Notes: generated from the sequence alone by a model not told the origin. A stretch of DNA of 62,545 bases from Candidatus Micrarchaeota archaeon (GCA_021792235.1 JAJYVC010000002.1:1-62545); one strand, 5' to 3'; positions 47,322 to 56,275 are shown, counted from the first letter of the stretch. Made by a program: numbers and translations.

Positions 47322-48810
47322 AGTATTTCCTCACGGCTTCTTCGACATAGCCAGACTTGCCAGCAGGCGCATTTGATATCACCTTGGAACGTCTTTCAAG
47401 CTCCTTAATAGCATCCTTTGCGGTGATCCCGTTTATGCGTGAATAACACAGTACCACCTTGGAGTCCTTCAACTCGGGCTTGCACAGCTTGCCGTCTTTC
47501 ATCAGTTCTGATACCTGCACCATCTCCTCTTCGCCGATGCCTATCCCCTCCTCTATCTCTGCTCGGCTGAGCCATTTGTATTCTGATATTCCAGATACAG
47601 CTCTTCTGCTGATATCAGTCTGCTTCATGTACATGGCAAGGTCTAGGGCACCTATCCCTTTCGGATCTACATTCATGGGCTTGACCATAAGCTTCTTCAG
47701 TATCTGTATGCCGCCTTCATTGCTATGCATGGTTGCTGCGAAAGATATGCCCATGTTAGCGCCCATGAAAAGGTCCCGAGTCTCTTCTGCGCGCATCTCG
47801 CCTATTATTATTCGGCTAGGTCTCATCCTCAGGGAATTGACCACCTGCTCTTTTGGCGTTATGGAATTGTATCGTGACCCATACAGTGCGACCAGATTGG
47901 ATATCCCAGAAGAATTGAGCTCGTTGACGTCCTCTTCTATTGTTATCACTTTGTCATTTGAAGGCACAAATGCATTGAGGCAGCTCAGGAACGTAGTTTT
48001 GCCGCTTGCCGGGGCTCCGGAGATTATCATATTGCACTTGCACTCTATGGCAAGCCACAGATATGCCAATATCAATGGATCAGCAGTGTTATTTGAGAGC
48101 AGATATCCAAGATCTATGTTCTTCTTTCCTCCGATTCTGATTGATGCGGCTGCGCCGCTTACTGCGTATGGCCTTATCTGCGCATGCACCCTGACGTCGG
48201 ATACCTGTGCGTCTATTATCGGCGTCCTCTCACTGAGCTCCTTTTCTGTATCCACAATGAGGCGGTTTATTGCGCTTCTGAAAGCGAATTCGCTTGAAAA
48301 ACAGATATTGGTCATGCATCTCCCGTATTTAGCTGAATACACTATGAGAGGGGATTGCGGCGAGTTTATCTCTATCTCCTCTATATTCTGCTTGTCATCC
48401 AGCATGATGCTTATTGGTCCATAGCCTGCAGTATCGTGTGCAATGATGTATGACAGAACCTCTGCCTTGTCCTGAGGCACATTCTGTAAGAGCCTTTGCC
48501 TTGCGAGCATGGCGGCGTCTGCTATGCTGGGCTTGCTTGACTGATACGACTCTGAAAGAGAAGATATGACTGATTCCTTTGCCATCTCCATGGGCCGGAT
48601 CTCATTGGGGGACATGTTTGCGAGCAGGGAATAAAAGTATCCGTTAGACGCCTTTGTAATCGCACGCTTAGGGAAGGCACTGAATTCTTCGATAATGTTT
48701 GAGGTTTCGGGCTCTGATACGTGTGTGCCTAGCTTTGACCTCTTTGGCTCTGGCACAGCTTTCTTGCTGAAAATCAGGCTTTTTATGGAGCTTATACCTA
48801 TTGGCTGCAT
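47311..48810 (-). CDS. type II/IV secretion-system ATPase (FlaI/TadA/PilB family)
   Basis: Walker A in ISGAPASGKTTFL, Asp box VITIEEDVNEL, Walker B SRIIIGEMR, His box AATMHSN. Confidence 0.9.
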   Translation of the reverse strand: MQPIGISSIKSLIFSKKAVPEPKRSKLGTHVSEPETSNIIEEFSAFPKRAITKASNGYFYSLLANMSPNEIRPMEMAKESVISSLSESYQSSKPSIADAAMLARQRLLQNVPQDKAEVLSYIIAHDTAGYGPISIMLDDKQNIEEIEINSPQSPLIVYSAKYGRCMTNICFSSEFAFRSAINRLIVDTEKELSERTPIIDAQVSDVRVHAQIRPYAVSGAAASIRIGGKKNIDLGYLLSNNTADPLILAYLWLAIECKCNMIISGAPASGKTTFLSCLNAFVPSNDKVITIEEDVNELNSSGISNLVALYGSRYNSITPKEQVVNSLRMRPSRIIIGEMRAEETRDLFMGANMGISFAATMHSNEGGIQILKKLMVKPMNVDPKGIGALDLAMYMKQTDISRRAVSGISEYKWLSRAEIEEGIGIGEEEMVQVSELMKDGKLCKPELKDSKVVLCYSRINGITAKDAIKELERRSKVISNAPAGKSGYVEEAVRKYYGW

Positions 48811-48825
48811 ATAATCTTTTACTCT

Positions 48826-48843
48826 AGTATATAATTATATACT
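48826..48843. promoter_or_regulatory. 18-bp perfect palindrome AGTATATAATTATATACT in the divergent promoter region (TATA box and/or operator)
   Basis: Verified base by base. It lies 16-33 nt upstream of the ATPase ATG (48810). TAGTATA recurs at 48845. (T/A)ATATACTTT occurs at 48835 and 48859, and TATATAC occurs again near 48950. Confidence 0.6.
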
Positions 48844-48979
48844 TTAGTATAAATAGGTTAATATACTTTGTGGTACTGGGTGGCTTTGAAGTTTGCAAAG
48901 GTATACAAGATTGTAGCGGGCTAAAACTTGGTATATATTTATATACGTTTAGGATTGATTCATAATGTGGTAAAGTTCT

Positions 48980-49309
48980 ATGCCTAAGACGGAAAGAGAC
49001 AACGATGAGATATGGCTTATCAGGAAGATACTGAGCAAGCCCAACTATGCAGTATTGAAGCTGCTTATGGTCAAATCGCCAAGGACCACCAGAGAACTAT
49101 ACACAGTGCTTGGCAAGAAATTTACCAGGAAGACGCTGATAATAACCCTAAGGAACCTATCGATGAGCATGAGCGTACTCCAGCCAACGCACATAAGGAC
49201 GGAAAGGGGCTACGACCTTGGTTACAACATAAATCCTAGGCTCAAGGAGGTTGTCAAGTCAGTCGAGAAGTTCGAGAAGGTAGTAGAGAGCATAACTTCT
49301 TCTAAATAA
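48980..49309 (+). CDS. small winged-helix DNA-binding protein (putative transcriptional regulator)
   Basis: 109 aa. NYAVLKLLMVKSPRTTRELYTVLGKKFTRKTLIITLRNL resembles an ArsR/MarR-like wHTH. It is divergent from the pilus operon. Confidence 0.45.
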   Translation: MPKTERDNDEIWLIRKILSKPNYAVLKLLMVKSPRTTRELYTVLGKKFTRKTLIITLRNLSMSMSVLQPTHIRTERGYDLGYNINPRLKEVVKSVEKFEKVVESITSSK

Positions 49310-49388
49310 TGTACAGTCATATCTGAGTTTTCAGAAAAGAAGCCAACATATTTATTTTTAACATACTAATTAGTCTGCAGTTGATTCT

Positions 49389-50099
49389 ATGATTCTGAAC
49401 AAGCCGTACGTACTAACCGACATAAAGAAGACAACCAAGGATGTCACCACATTCACGTTCAAGGCGCAGGACGGCACCAGCATAGACTTCTCTCCAGGCA
49501 TGTTTGCAATGCTCACTTGGATGGGCCCGGATGGGCAGAAGATAAGCAGGGCGTTCTCAATAGCCAACTGCCCTCCATCAGGAGAGCTGCAGTTTTTCAT
49601 ATCCATGATAAAGGGCCAGTTCACTTCGAAACTGGAGAATGCGAAGGTGGGCGATGTTTACCAGGTGTCTGCGCCTTACGGGCAGTTCAAGCTTGAGAGC
49701 AACTTCGGCAACAAGCTGCTCTTCCTTGCCGGAGGCACTGGCCTTGCGCCTTTCTTCTCAATGCTTAAGTACATAATAGGCAAGAATTCTAAACCCGACA
49801 TAGTGTTGATATACAGCGTAAAGTATCCATACGACATAATAGAGAAGGAAGAGCTTGAGAAGATGATCGCAGCCTTAGGCGGAAAGCTTACCGTAACGGT
49901 GACTAGGCCTGCGGACGGCGATGGCTGGACCGGAGAGAGGGGGCACGCGAATGCAGATATGATCAAGAAGTATGCACCTGATTCCAAGGATAGAGTAAGC
50001 TACATCTGCGGACCGCCAGAATTCGTGAAGGCGCTAAAGGCTGCGCTTGTGTCTTTGGGCACTAATGAAAAAGAGATAAAGGCAGAGATGTGGGGCTAG
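49389..50099 (+). CDS. ferredoxin-NADP reductase-like FAD/NAD(P)-binding oxidoreductase
   Basis: FAD motif RAFSIAN (RxYS type). NAD(P) motif LLFLAGGTGLAPFFSM. C-terminal YICGPPEF. Confidence 0.7.
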   Translation: MILNKPYVLTDIKKTTKDVTTFTFKAQDGTSIDFSPGMFAMLTWMGPDGQKISRAFSIANCPPSGELQFFISMIKGQFTSKLENAKVGDVYQVSAPYGQFKLESNFGNKLLFLAGGTGLAPFFSMLKYIIGKNSKPDIVLIYSVKYPYDIIEKEELEKMIAALGGKLTVTVTRPADGDGWTGERGHANADMIKKYAPDSKDRVSYICGPPEFVKALKAALVSLGTNEKEIKAEMWG

Positions 50100-50101
50100 G
50101 A

Positions 50102-50671
50102 TCAGGGCGCTATGAAGTGCATGCCGCACCTTGGCTCGTAGAGCCCTGCGGCACCTACCATGAATCCGTTGCTGAAGTCCTCCGTGCCATTAACCAGCCT
50201 TTGGCTGAATGCAGCATCCTTGCCGCATTTTGCACATTTTGACTTGAGGAGTATAATGCTGTCGGCTCTTGGAAGCAACTCTGAGAAGACCCTAAATGGC
50301 TTTCCTATGGAGTCTATGTCAAGCGTCGCTACATACACTCTAGCCCTGGCCGATATCCCGATTACCGCCTCTGAAAAGCCATCTGTTGATTCCCAGAACT
50401 GACCTTCGTCTATGCCTATCATATTATAATTCTTGGCTGCGAAGGCAAGCGCACGCAGACCATCCGGGCCTTCTGGGAGCGTGGCCGCCCGCATTCTAAG
50501 GCCGTCATGCGATACGACATCGGTCGTGCTGTATCTTGAGTCTATGGATGACCTGAACAGTATCTGCGATGCACCGCGGGCCGCGACCATCTGCATCTCG
50601 CTTATAAGCCGCGTGGTCTTGCCAGCGAACATCGGCCCTGCTATTACGGTCAGCCCTGTCCTTCTTCTCAT
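50102..50671 (-). CDS. tdk: thymidine kinase
   Basis: MRRRTGLTVIAGPMFAGKTT (P-loop), IGIDEGQFW, and Zn ribbon CAKCG...CGMHF. The GTG at 50701 is an alternative start. Confidence 0.85.
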   Translation of the reverse strand: MRRRTGLTVIAGPMFAGKTTRLISEMQMVAARGASQILFRSSIDSRYSTTDVVSHDGLRMRAATLPEGPDGLRALAFAAKNYNMIGIDEGQFWESTDGFSEAVIGISARARVYVATLDIDSIGKPFRVFSELLPRADSIILLKSKCAKCGKDAAFSQRLVNGTEDFSNGFMVGAAGLYEPRCGMHFIAP

Positions 50672-50743
50672 TGAAACATGCTCATAAAAGATATCTAACA
50701 CAATTTATATAAATTTTTTATAACCAGGTAATATCGTGATTGG

Positions 50744-51247
50744 ATGAGCACAATAAGAAAACTGATTGAAAGAGCGGACAAGGTATTAAGATTCCCAACT
50801 GCTTACGCGCACTGCGACATACCATGCGGCATATACGATCCTCATGCGGCGCAGGTTGCAGCACACACAGTAGTAAGGATGGACATGCTCATTGCAGATG
50901 CAATGAAGTCTGGAGCTGCAAGCGCAGAAGATAGAAACAAAATTATCAGGTACGTTGGCGTGAAGGAGCAACACGCGGAGATAGTGAAGCATGAAGTTGC
51001 AGTCATATGGGGAGACTACATGAAGCCTGAGCACGCAAAGGCGCATCCTGAGCTTCATGAGCTCGTATGGAACACGCTAAAGCTTGCGGGCAAGGCAAAG
51101 CAGAGCACCAACATACAGGATGCAGAGGCCCTGCTTGAGAGCGTGCAGAAGTTCGCAGAGGCGTTCTGGGCCACGAAGAACGTACAGACGACAAGAGCGA
51201 AATCCTTTTACCCTACAGAGAGGACCTTCGTATACCCTAAAGTATAA
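50744..51247 (+). CDS. sodN: nickel-containing superoxide dismutase precursor
   Basis: Ni-hook motif HCDIPCGIYDP at 50810-50842, preceded by a 22-aa leader MSTIRKLIERADKVLRFPTAYA. A four-helix-bundle-like remainder follows. Confidence 0.85.
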   Translation: MSTIRKLIERADKVLRFPTAYAHCDIPCGIYDPHAAQVAAHTVVRMDMLIADAMKSGAASAEDRNKIIRYVGVKEQHAEIVKHEVAVIWGDYMKPEHAKAHPELHELVWNTLKLAGKAKQSTNIQDAEALLESVQKFAEAFWATKNVQTTRAKSFYPTERTFVYPKV

Positions 51248-51249
51248 GC

Positions 51250-51534
51250 ATGAGGCTTCCTCTGATGATATACAGGGTTGCTGAGCGCAGCATGGAGCCA
51301 TCCATAATGGAAGGCTCATATGTCATAGTAAACTGCTGGCCGCTCAGAATGCGCAGAGATGACGTGGTCGTTGCAAAGGATCCTTACGGAAGAATCATAG
51401 TCAAGAGAGTGAAGAGGGTGAAGGACGGAAAGCTCTTCCTTGTTGGAGACAACGCACGCAGGAGCATTGACAGCAGGAGGTTCGGATGGGTGGATATGGA
51501 AAGGGCATTTGGCAAGGTCATCGCCGTTGTCTAA
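51250..51534 (+). CDS. sodX: NiSOD maturation protease (S26 signal-peptidase-I family)
   Basis: 94 aa. Ser nucleophile motif ERSMEPS, Lys in IVKRV, and GDNARRSIDSRRFGWV. It starts 3 nt after the sodN stop. Confidence 0.8.
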   Translation: MRLPLMIYRVAERSMEPSIMEGSYVIVNCWPLRMRRDDVVVAKDPYGRIIVKRVKRVKDGKLFLVGDNARRSIDSRRFGWVDMERAFGKVIAVV

Positions 51535-51673
51535 AGAGCGTGGGCTTCCTTGTTGAGAATAAAGTGAGCTATCATGAAAAAGCGGTTTTGCCCGTTTTAC
51601 GCCGTAAACCTTATATAGAATAGATGGCATAGCATCATGGAGTTAATCCTTATCTGAAAGAGGTGTCTGCAAG

Positions 51674-52906
51674 ATGAAGATAGGAGTTGTTGGACTTGGC
51701 TATGTAGGCATAGTGACTGCAGCGGTGCTAGCTGACAAAGGCAACGATGTGATAGGCGTAGACATTAGCGCCGAGCGTGTCGAGGCGCTGAGAAAAGGCC
51801 CTACGCCGATCTACGAACCAGGACTTAAGGAGATGCTTAAGAGGAATAGCAACAGACTTGAGTTCTCATCCGACTACGCACGGCTCAGAGGCGCAGCTGC
51901 GGTCTTCATAGTCGTGCCTACCCCTACATTGAATGGGAAGATCAATCTGAGCTACGTCAAAGACGCTGCAGGCAGAGTTGCGGCAGTGGAAAAGAGCGCG
52001 GTGCTCGTAATAAAAAGCACAGTGGTCCCCGGCACTGCCAGAGAGCTACGTGCAAGGACTGGGCTCAAGGTAGTCTCCAATCCTGAATTCACAAGCGAAG
52101 GCAACGGAGTACGAGATACCCTCGAACCAAGCAGAGTAATAATAGGCTCGGCCGAAAAGAAGCCTGGAGACTTGGTTGAAGAGATATGGTCTTTCGCAAA
52201 ATCACCGGTGATAAGGACCAACAACGAAAACGCAGAGCTCATCAAGTACGCCAGCAATGCATTCCTTGCAACGAAGATATCGTTCATAAACGAGATAGCA
52301 AACCTATGCGAACGGATACCTGGATGCGACGTTGATGTTATTGCAAAAGGAATGGGTCTTGACAGGAGAATCGCGCCGTACTTCCTCAAGGCAGGCATAG
52401 GGTACGGGGGCTCATGCTTTCCCAAGGATACCAATGCCCTGGCCTCTTTCGCCAGGGAAAAGGGTGAGAGGATGAGCGTTATCGAGGCGGCGATAAAGGT
52501 AAATGAGGAGAGGATAGACAGAGTAATTGAGCATATAAGGTCATCAGTCAAAGATATCCATGGAAAGCGCATCGGAGTGCTTGGCGCAGCATTCAAGGAA
52601 GATACCGATGACGTAAGGGAATCTCAGGCAGTCAGGCTGATGGAGAGGCTCGGAAAGGAGAAGGCAATTGTAGTGGCATACGATCCGATGGCCAAGTCAA
52701 TACCTGTGCCTGGAGTGATGAGAGTGGGAAGCGTGAAGGAATGCGTTGAGGGCTCAGATGTGGTAGTGGTCGCAACCGAGTGGCCGCAGTTCAGGAAGAT
52801 AGGGCAGATGGCAGGCAGAAAACCAGTCATAGACGCAAGGAGGGTGCTTGACAGAAACGATTTTAAGAACTTCAGGGCAATAGGGCTTGGTAATGATGAG
52901 GATTAG
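51674..52906 (+). CDS. ugd: UDP-glucose/GDP-mannose 6-dehydrogenase family protein
   Basis: MKIGVVGLGYVGIVTA, NPEFTSEG, and catalytic Cys in GYGGSCFPKD. Confidence 0.9.
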   Translation: MKIGVVGLGYVGIVTAAVLADKGNDVIGVDISAERVEALRKGPTPIYEPGLKEMLKRNSNRLEFSSDYARLRGAAAVFIVVPTPTLNGKINLSYVKDAAGRVAAVEKSAVLVIKSTVVPGTARELRARTGLKVVSNPEFTSEGNGVRDTLEPSRVIIGSAEKKPGDLVEEIWSFAKSPVIRTNNENAELIKYASNAFLATKISFINEIANLCERIPGCDVDVIAKGMGLDRRIAPYFLKAGIGYGGSCFPKDTNALASFAREKGERMSVIEAAIKVNEERIDRVIEHIRSSVKDIHGKRIGVLGAAFKEDTDDVRESQAVRLMERLGKEKAIVVAYDPMAKSIPVPGVMRVGSVKECVEGSDVVVVATEWPQFRKIGQMAGRKPVIDARRVLDRNDFKNFRAIGLGNDED

Positions 52907-53705
52907 AAAGGCAGTCATACCTGCCGCAGGGCTGGGCACAAGGCTTTACCCTATGACAAGGGCGCAGCCAAAGGAGATGCTGCCTGTACTAGACAAGCCA
53001 GTCATACATTATGTAGTCGAAGAGGCAGTGAATTCGGGCCTTGACGAGATACTCGTCATTGTAGGCAGGGGAAAGGAGGCCATAATAAATTATTTCGACA
53101 AGAGCAGCATGGACGACAAGGTGAAGGACGATTACGGCCTGTCTAGCTTCCCGAACATACTCTTCGTGAGGCAGAAGGAGCAGTTGGGATTCGCTGATGC
53201 CGTAAGATGCGCCAGATCATTTGTCGGAGATGATCCGTTTGTGGTACTTGCTGGAGACACGATATACAGATCCGGCAGGAAGGAGACTGTGACTTCGCAG
53301 CTCACCAGCGTTCTCGTGAAAAGGCACGAGCCAGTGATAGGACTTGAGAAGGTGCCCAAAGAACTGATAAGGAACTATGGAATCATAGATGGCAGCAAGG
53401 AAGATGGAAGGATATGGAAGATAAGAGATATGGTGGAGAAGCCTGATCCGGGCGACGCACCAAGCAATATGGGTGCAATAGGCCTGTATGCGCTTACTCC
53501 AGATATATTCGATTTCATAGACAGGATAAAGCCAGGAAAGAATTGCGAATACCAGCTTACCGACGCGCTCAGGCTCCTTGCAAAGGAGAAGACCCTTCTG
53601 GGCTATGAGATAGAAGGGAAGAGATACGACATCGGCACCAAGGAGCTGTGGGTCAGCACGTTCATGGAGTTTGCAAGAAGCGATCCTAGGTTCGGGAGGA
53701 GGTAG
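52887..53705 (+). CDS. galU: UTP--glucose-1-phosphate uridylyltransferase
   Basis: KAVIPAAGLGTRLYPMTRAQPKEMLPVLDKPVIHYVVEEA. The start overlaps the ugd end; ATGs at 52893/52896 are alternatives. Confidence 0.85.
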   Translation: MVMMRIRKAVIPAAGLGTRLYPMTRAQPKEMLPVLDKPVIHYVVEEAVNSGLDEILVIVGRGKEAIINYFDKSSMDDKVKDDYGLSSFPNILFVRQKEQLGFADAVRCARSFVGDDPFVVLAGDTIYRSGRKETVTSQLTSVLVKRHEPVIGLEKVPKELIRNYGIIDGSKEDGRIWKIRDMVEKPDPGDAPSNMGAIGLYALTPDIFDFIDRIKPGKNCEYQLTDALRLLAKEKTLLGYEIEGKRYDIGTKELWVSTFMEFARSDPRFGRR

Positions 53706-53706
53706 G

Positions 53707-54102
53707 GTGGCGCGGAAGACGATTCTCAGGCTTTCAAGGCTACCCAAGACATGGATAATAGACATAGACGGCGTTATATTCCCCCATAATCATTACCTTG
53801 ACCCAGCCAAGGCAGGCACTGAGAAACCCCTGCCTGGGATAAAGCAGCTGCTTGACAAGGTAGGGGAGGAGGACAGAGTCGTAATAATGACTGCAAGAAA
53901 GAAGAGATATGCTAGCTATACCAAGAGGATGCTTAAGAAGTTCGGGATAAGATATGACGTGCTGCTTACAGGGATGCCGCACGGGGAGAGGATCCTTATA
54001 AACGACATAAAGACAGACGGCCTTAGGACCGCGTATGGAATAAATGTCAAGAGAGATGACGGAGTGAAGGGAGTGAAGGTCTACATAGGCAGCCGGAAGT
54101 AG
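53707..54102 (+). CDS. HAD-superfamily phosphatase-like protein
   Basis: GTG start just after the galU stop. DxD motif in WIIDIDGVIF; VIMTARKK. 131 aa. Confidence 0.45.
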   Translation: MARKTILRLSRLPKTWIIDIDGVIFPHNHYLDPAKAGTEKPLPGIKQLLDKVGEEDRVVIMTARKKRYASYTKRMLKKFGIRYDVLLTGMPHGERILINDIKTDGLRTAYGINVKRDDGVKGVKVYIGSRK

Positions 54103-54114
54103 ATGCTGCAGGAT

Positions 54115-54843
54115 TCATCTGCCATGCTTCCTGACAAAGGCCTCGACATCATAGAAATCCTTGAGGTTACTTAGTATCTTATCTTCCCTCCAATCCCACC
54201 ACTTTATCCTAAGAAGCGCATCAATTACCTGCTTGCTGAACCTAAATCTTACCTTCCTTGCCGGAGCGCCGACGACAACCGAGTATGGCTCAACATCCTT
54301 TGTAACAACAGCCCTTGCGCCTATGACTGCTCCGTCACCTATCTTCACGTTGCCTATTATAACCACGTCAGAGCCGAACCACACATCGTTGCCTATCACC
54401 ACCTCCCCATAGCTGTCCTTGTGATATCTTTCGTAATGATCCCTGCCACGCCTGTCGAGGAAGAGGTTGTTCATGCTGTTGGACACGAATTCTGGGGTGT
54501 GCGCCTTTGAGAGTATTATTGTAAGGTTGCCGCTTGCCTGTGTGAAGCTTCCTATGCTTATCTCATACCTCTTTCCCCTTGCTGGAACATAGCCTACATT
54601 GATCTGGTCCGGGCAGTACGAATACCTGCCTATGGAAACCCTGCACTGGGAATCATCAAGAGGTATTGAAGTATACATCCACGAGTGCCTGAACCTCTTT
54701 AGGTAGCTGCGCTTAAGGAGATATTTATGGAATCCGCCACCGCCGAAGATTATCCTGAGACTGTCTCTTGCCTGGTAAAGCGCCTTGTACGCGCCCGGGC
54801 TCCTGTTCAGCAGGCCATCTATAGCTCCGTCGGACATACACAT
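54115..54843 (-). CDS. hexapeptide-repeat acetyltransferase (CatB/Vat xenobiotic acetyltransferase-like)
   Basis: Left-handed beta-helix repeats IGNDVWFGSDVVIIGNVKIGDGAVIGARAVV, and a C-terminal KWWDW motif. Confidence 0.8.
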   Translation of the reverse strand: MCMSDGAIDGLLNRSPGAYKALYQARDSLRIIFGGGGFHKYLLKRSYLKRFRHSWMYTSIPLDDSQCRVSIGRYSYCPDQINVGYVPARGKRYEISIGSFTQASGNLTIILSKAHTPEFVSNSMNNLFLDRRGRDHYERYHKDSYGEVVIGNDVWFGSDVVIIGNVKIGDGAVIGARAVVTKDVEPYSVVVGAPARKVRFRFSKQVIDALLRIKWWDWREDKILSNLKDFYDVEAFVRKHGR

Positions 54844-54917
54844 AAAGACTGCATAAAAAAGCTTTTATAACTAATAGGGGATATTATTCCTGCAATTAGA
54901 CAACGTTGAGTGATACT

Positions 54918-55451
54918 ATGGGAAAGCTAAGGCCTGCAAGGTCGGTAAGGGGCATACACAGCCAGGCATGGGCGAGATATTCGGTCAAGAAGCCTAAGAA
55001 GAACTATGTCAAGTCTCTTCCCCACACCAGCCTGATGATATTCAACATGGGCATGAACAGGCCCACGTACGACACAGTATATACGCTCAGCTCAGACCAG
55101 GACGTGCAGCTCCGGTCAAATGCGCTAGAGGCTGCAAGACAGGTGGCAAACAAGCACCTTGAGAGGGAGCTAATAAACAACTATCACTTCACACTGCTTA
55201 CTTATCCTCACAATGTGATCAGGGAGAAGAAGAGGGCCACTGGTGCAGGAGCAGACCGTCTATCGCAGGGAATGTCGCTGTCTTTCGGAAGCCCGTCGTC
55301 TGTCTGCGCGCGAGTAAAGAAAGGGCAGGTAGTGTTCAGGCTCAGGACCTTTGCAAGCTCAAAGAACGTGGCAAGGGAGGCGCTCAAGAGGGCTTCCTCG
55401 AAGCTATCAGGCACATACACCATAACTGCCACCCAAGCCGCAGCTGCCTGA
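54918..55451 (+). CDS. rpl10e: 50S ribosomal protein uL16 (L10e)
   Basis: MGKLRPARSVRG...YVKSLPH...GAGADRLSQGM. The TTG at 54906 is an alternative start. Confidence 0.85.
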   Translation: MGKLRPARSVRGIHSQAWARYSVKKPKKNYVKSLPHTSLMIFNMGMNRPTYDTVYTLSSDQDVQLRSNALEAARQVANKHLERELINNYHFTLLTYPHNVIREKKRATGAGADRLSQGMSLSFGSPSSVCARVKKGQVVFRLRTFASSKNVAREALKRASSKLSGTYTITATQAAAA

Positions 55452-55462
55452 TTGGCGGTGGA

Positions 55463-55750
55463 TTGATGGAAGGCCCTCAAGCCCAGAGAAAGCAGATCTT
55501 GTTGGATGAACTAATCTGGATAAGGTCTAGGATTGGAGCAGATATAGAATCGCTGCCTGGCGTAAGCAATATCGGATTTGGGGTAGGCGATGGAAGCTTC
55601 TTCATTAGGGTGGGAATGCGTGAGAGGAATATGGCTACTGAAGGAAGGATACATGAGCTACTTGAAGGAGTCCCCCACAGGATAATGGGGCAGAACCAGA
55701 CGGGATGGGGGCAGGAGGCATCAGTAGACCTGAAGAGGTCAAGAAGGTGA
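55463..55750 (+). CDS. hypothetical protein
   Basis: 95-aa ORF directly after rpl10e. No recognised motif. Confidence 0.35.
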   Translation: MMEGPQAQRKQILLDELIWIRSRIGADIESLPGVSNIGFGVGDGSFFIRVGMRERNMATEGRIHELLEGVPHRIMGQNQTGWGQEASVDLKRSRR

Positions 55751-56275
55751 CTGTTTCTTAGCGTTGTAGTGCTTTATCACATCGTTTATGGCTATACGCA
55801 GCCAGGGCGTATATGATTTCTGGTTGTTCTCCAGCTCCTCCTTTAGCGCGCCCAGGCTTATCCATCTCCAAGCCTGCACCTCGTCCGGATTTGGCTTTGG
55901 ATCTGATTCATAAGTGCCAAAGATGACATGGTCGAATTCATGCTCTGTTAGCTCCTTGTCCATCTTTGCCTCGTACTCGAAGGCAAACACCTCATTTAGT
56001 TCGGTATCGAAGCCCATCTCCTCCTTGAGCCTCCTGTGCGCTGCTTGCACTGGAGTCTCGCCGATCCTGGGATGGCTGCAGACAGTATTGGACCACAGGC
56101 CGCCGCCATGGTACTTTGATAACGCCCTCTGCTGCAGCATAGTCTCTCCCCTGTCATTGAATATGAATATGGAGAACGCCCTGTGCAGCTTGCCTCCGTT
56201 CTGATGCGCCTTAAGCTTCTCCTCCAGACCTATCTGGTTATCATTATGGTCTACGAGTATTACCTGCTCTGGCAT
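55739..56275 (-). CDS. idi: isopentenyl-diphosphate delta-isomerase, type 1 (Nudix superfamily)
   Basis: Start at MPEQVILVDHNDNQIG. HRAFSIFIFN, WSNTVCSHP (catalytic Cys), EHEFDHV, and the catalytic Glu region. Confidence 0.85.
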   Translation of the reverse strand: MPEQVILVDHNDNQIGLEEKLKAHQNGGKLHRAFSIFIFNDRGETMLQQRALSKYHGGGLWSNTVCSHPRIGETPVQAAHRRLKEEMGFDTELNEVFAFEYEAKMDKELTEHEFDHVIFGTYESDPKPNPDEVQAWRWISLGALKEELENNQKSYTPWLRIAINDVIKHYNAKKQSPS

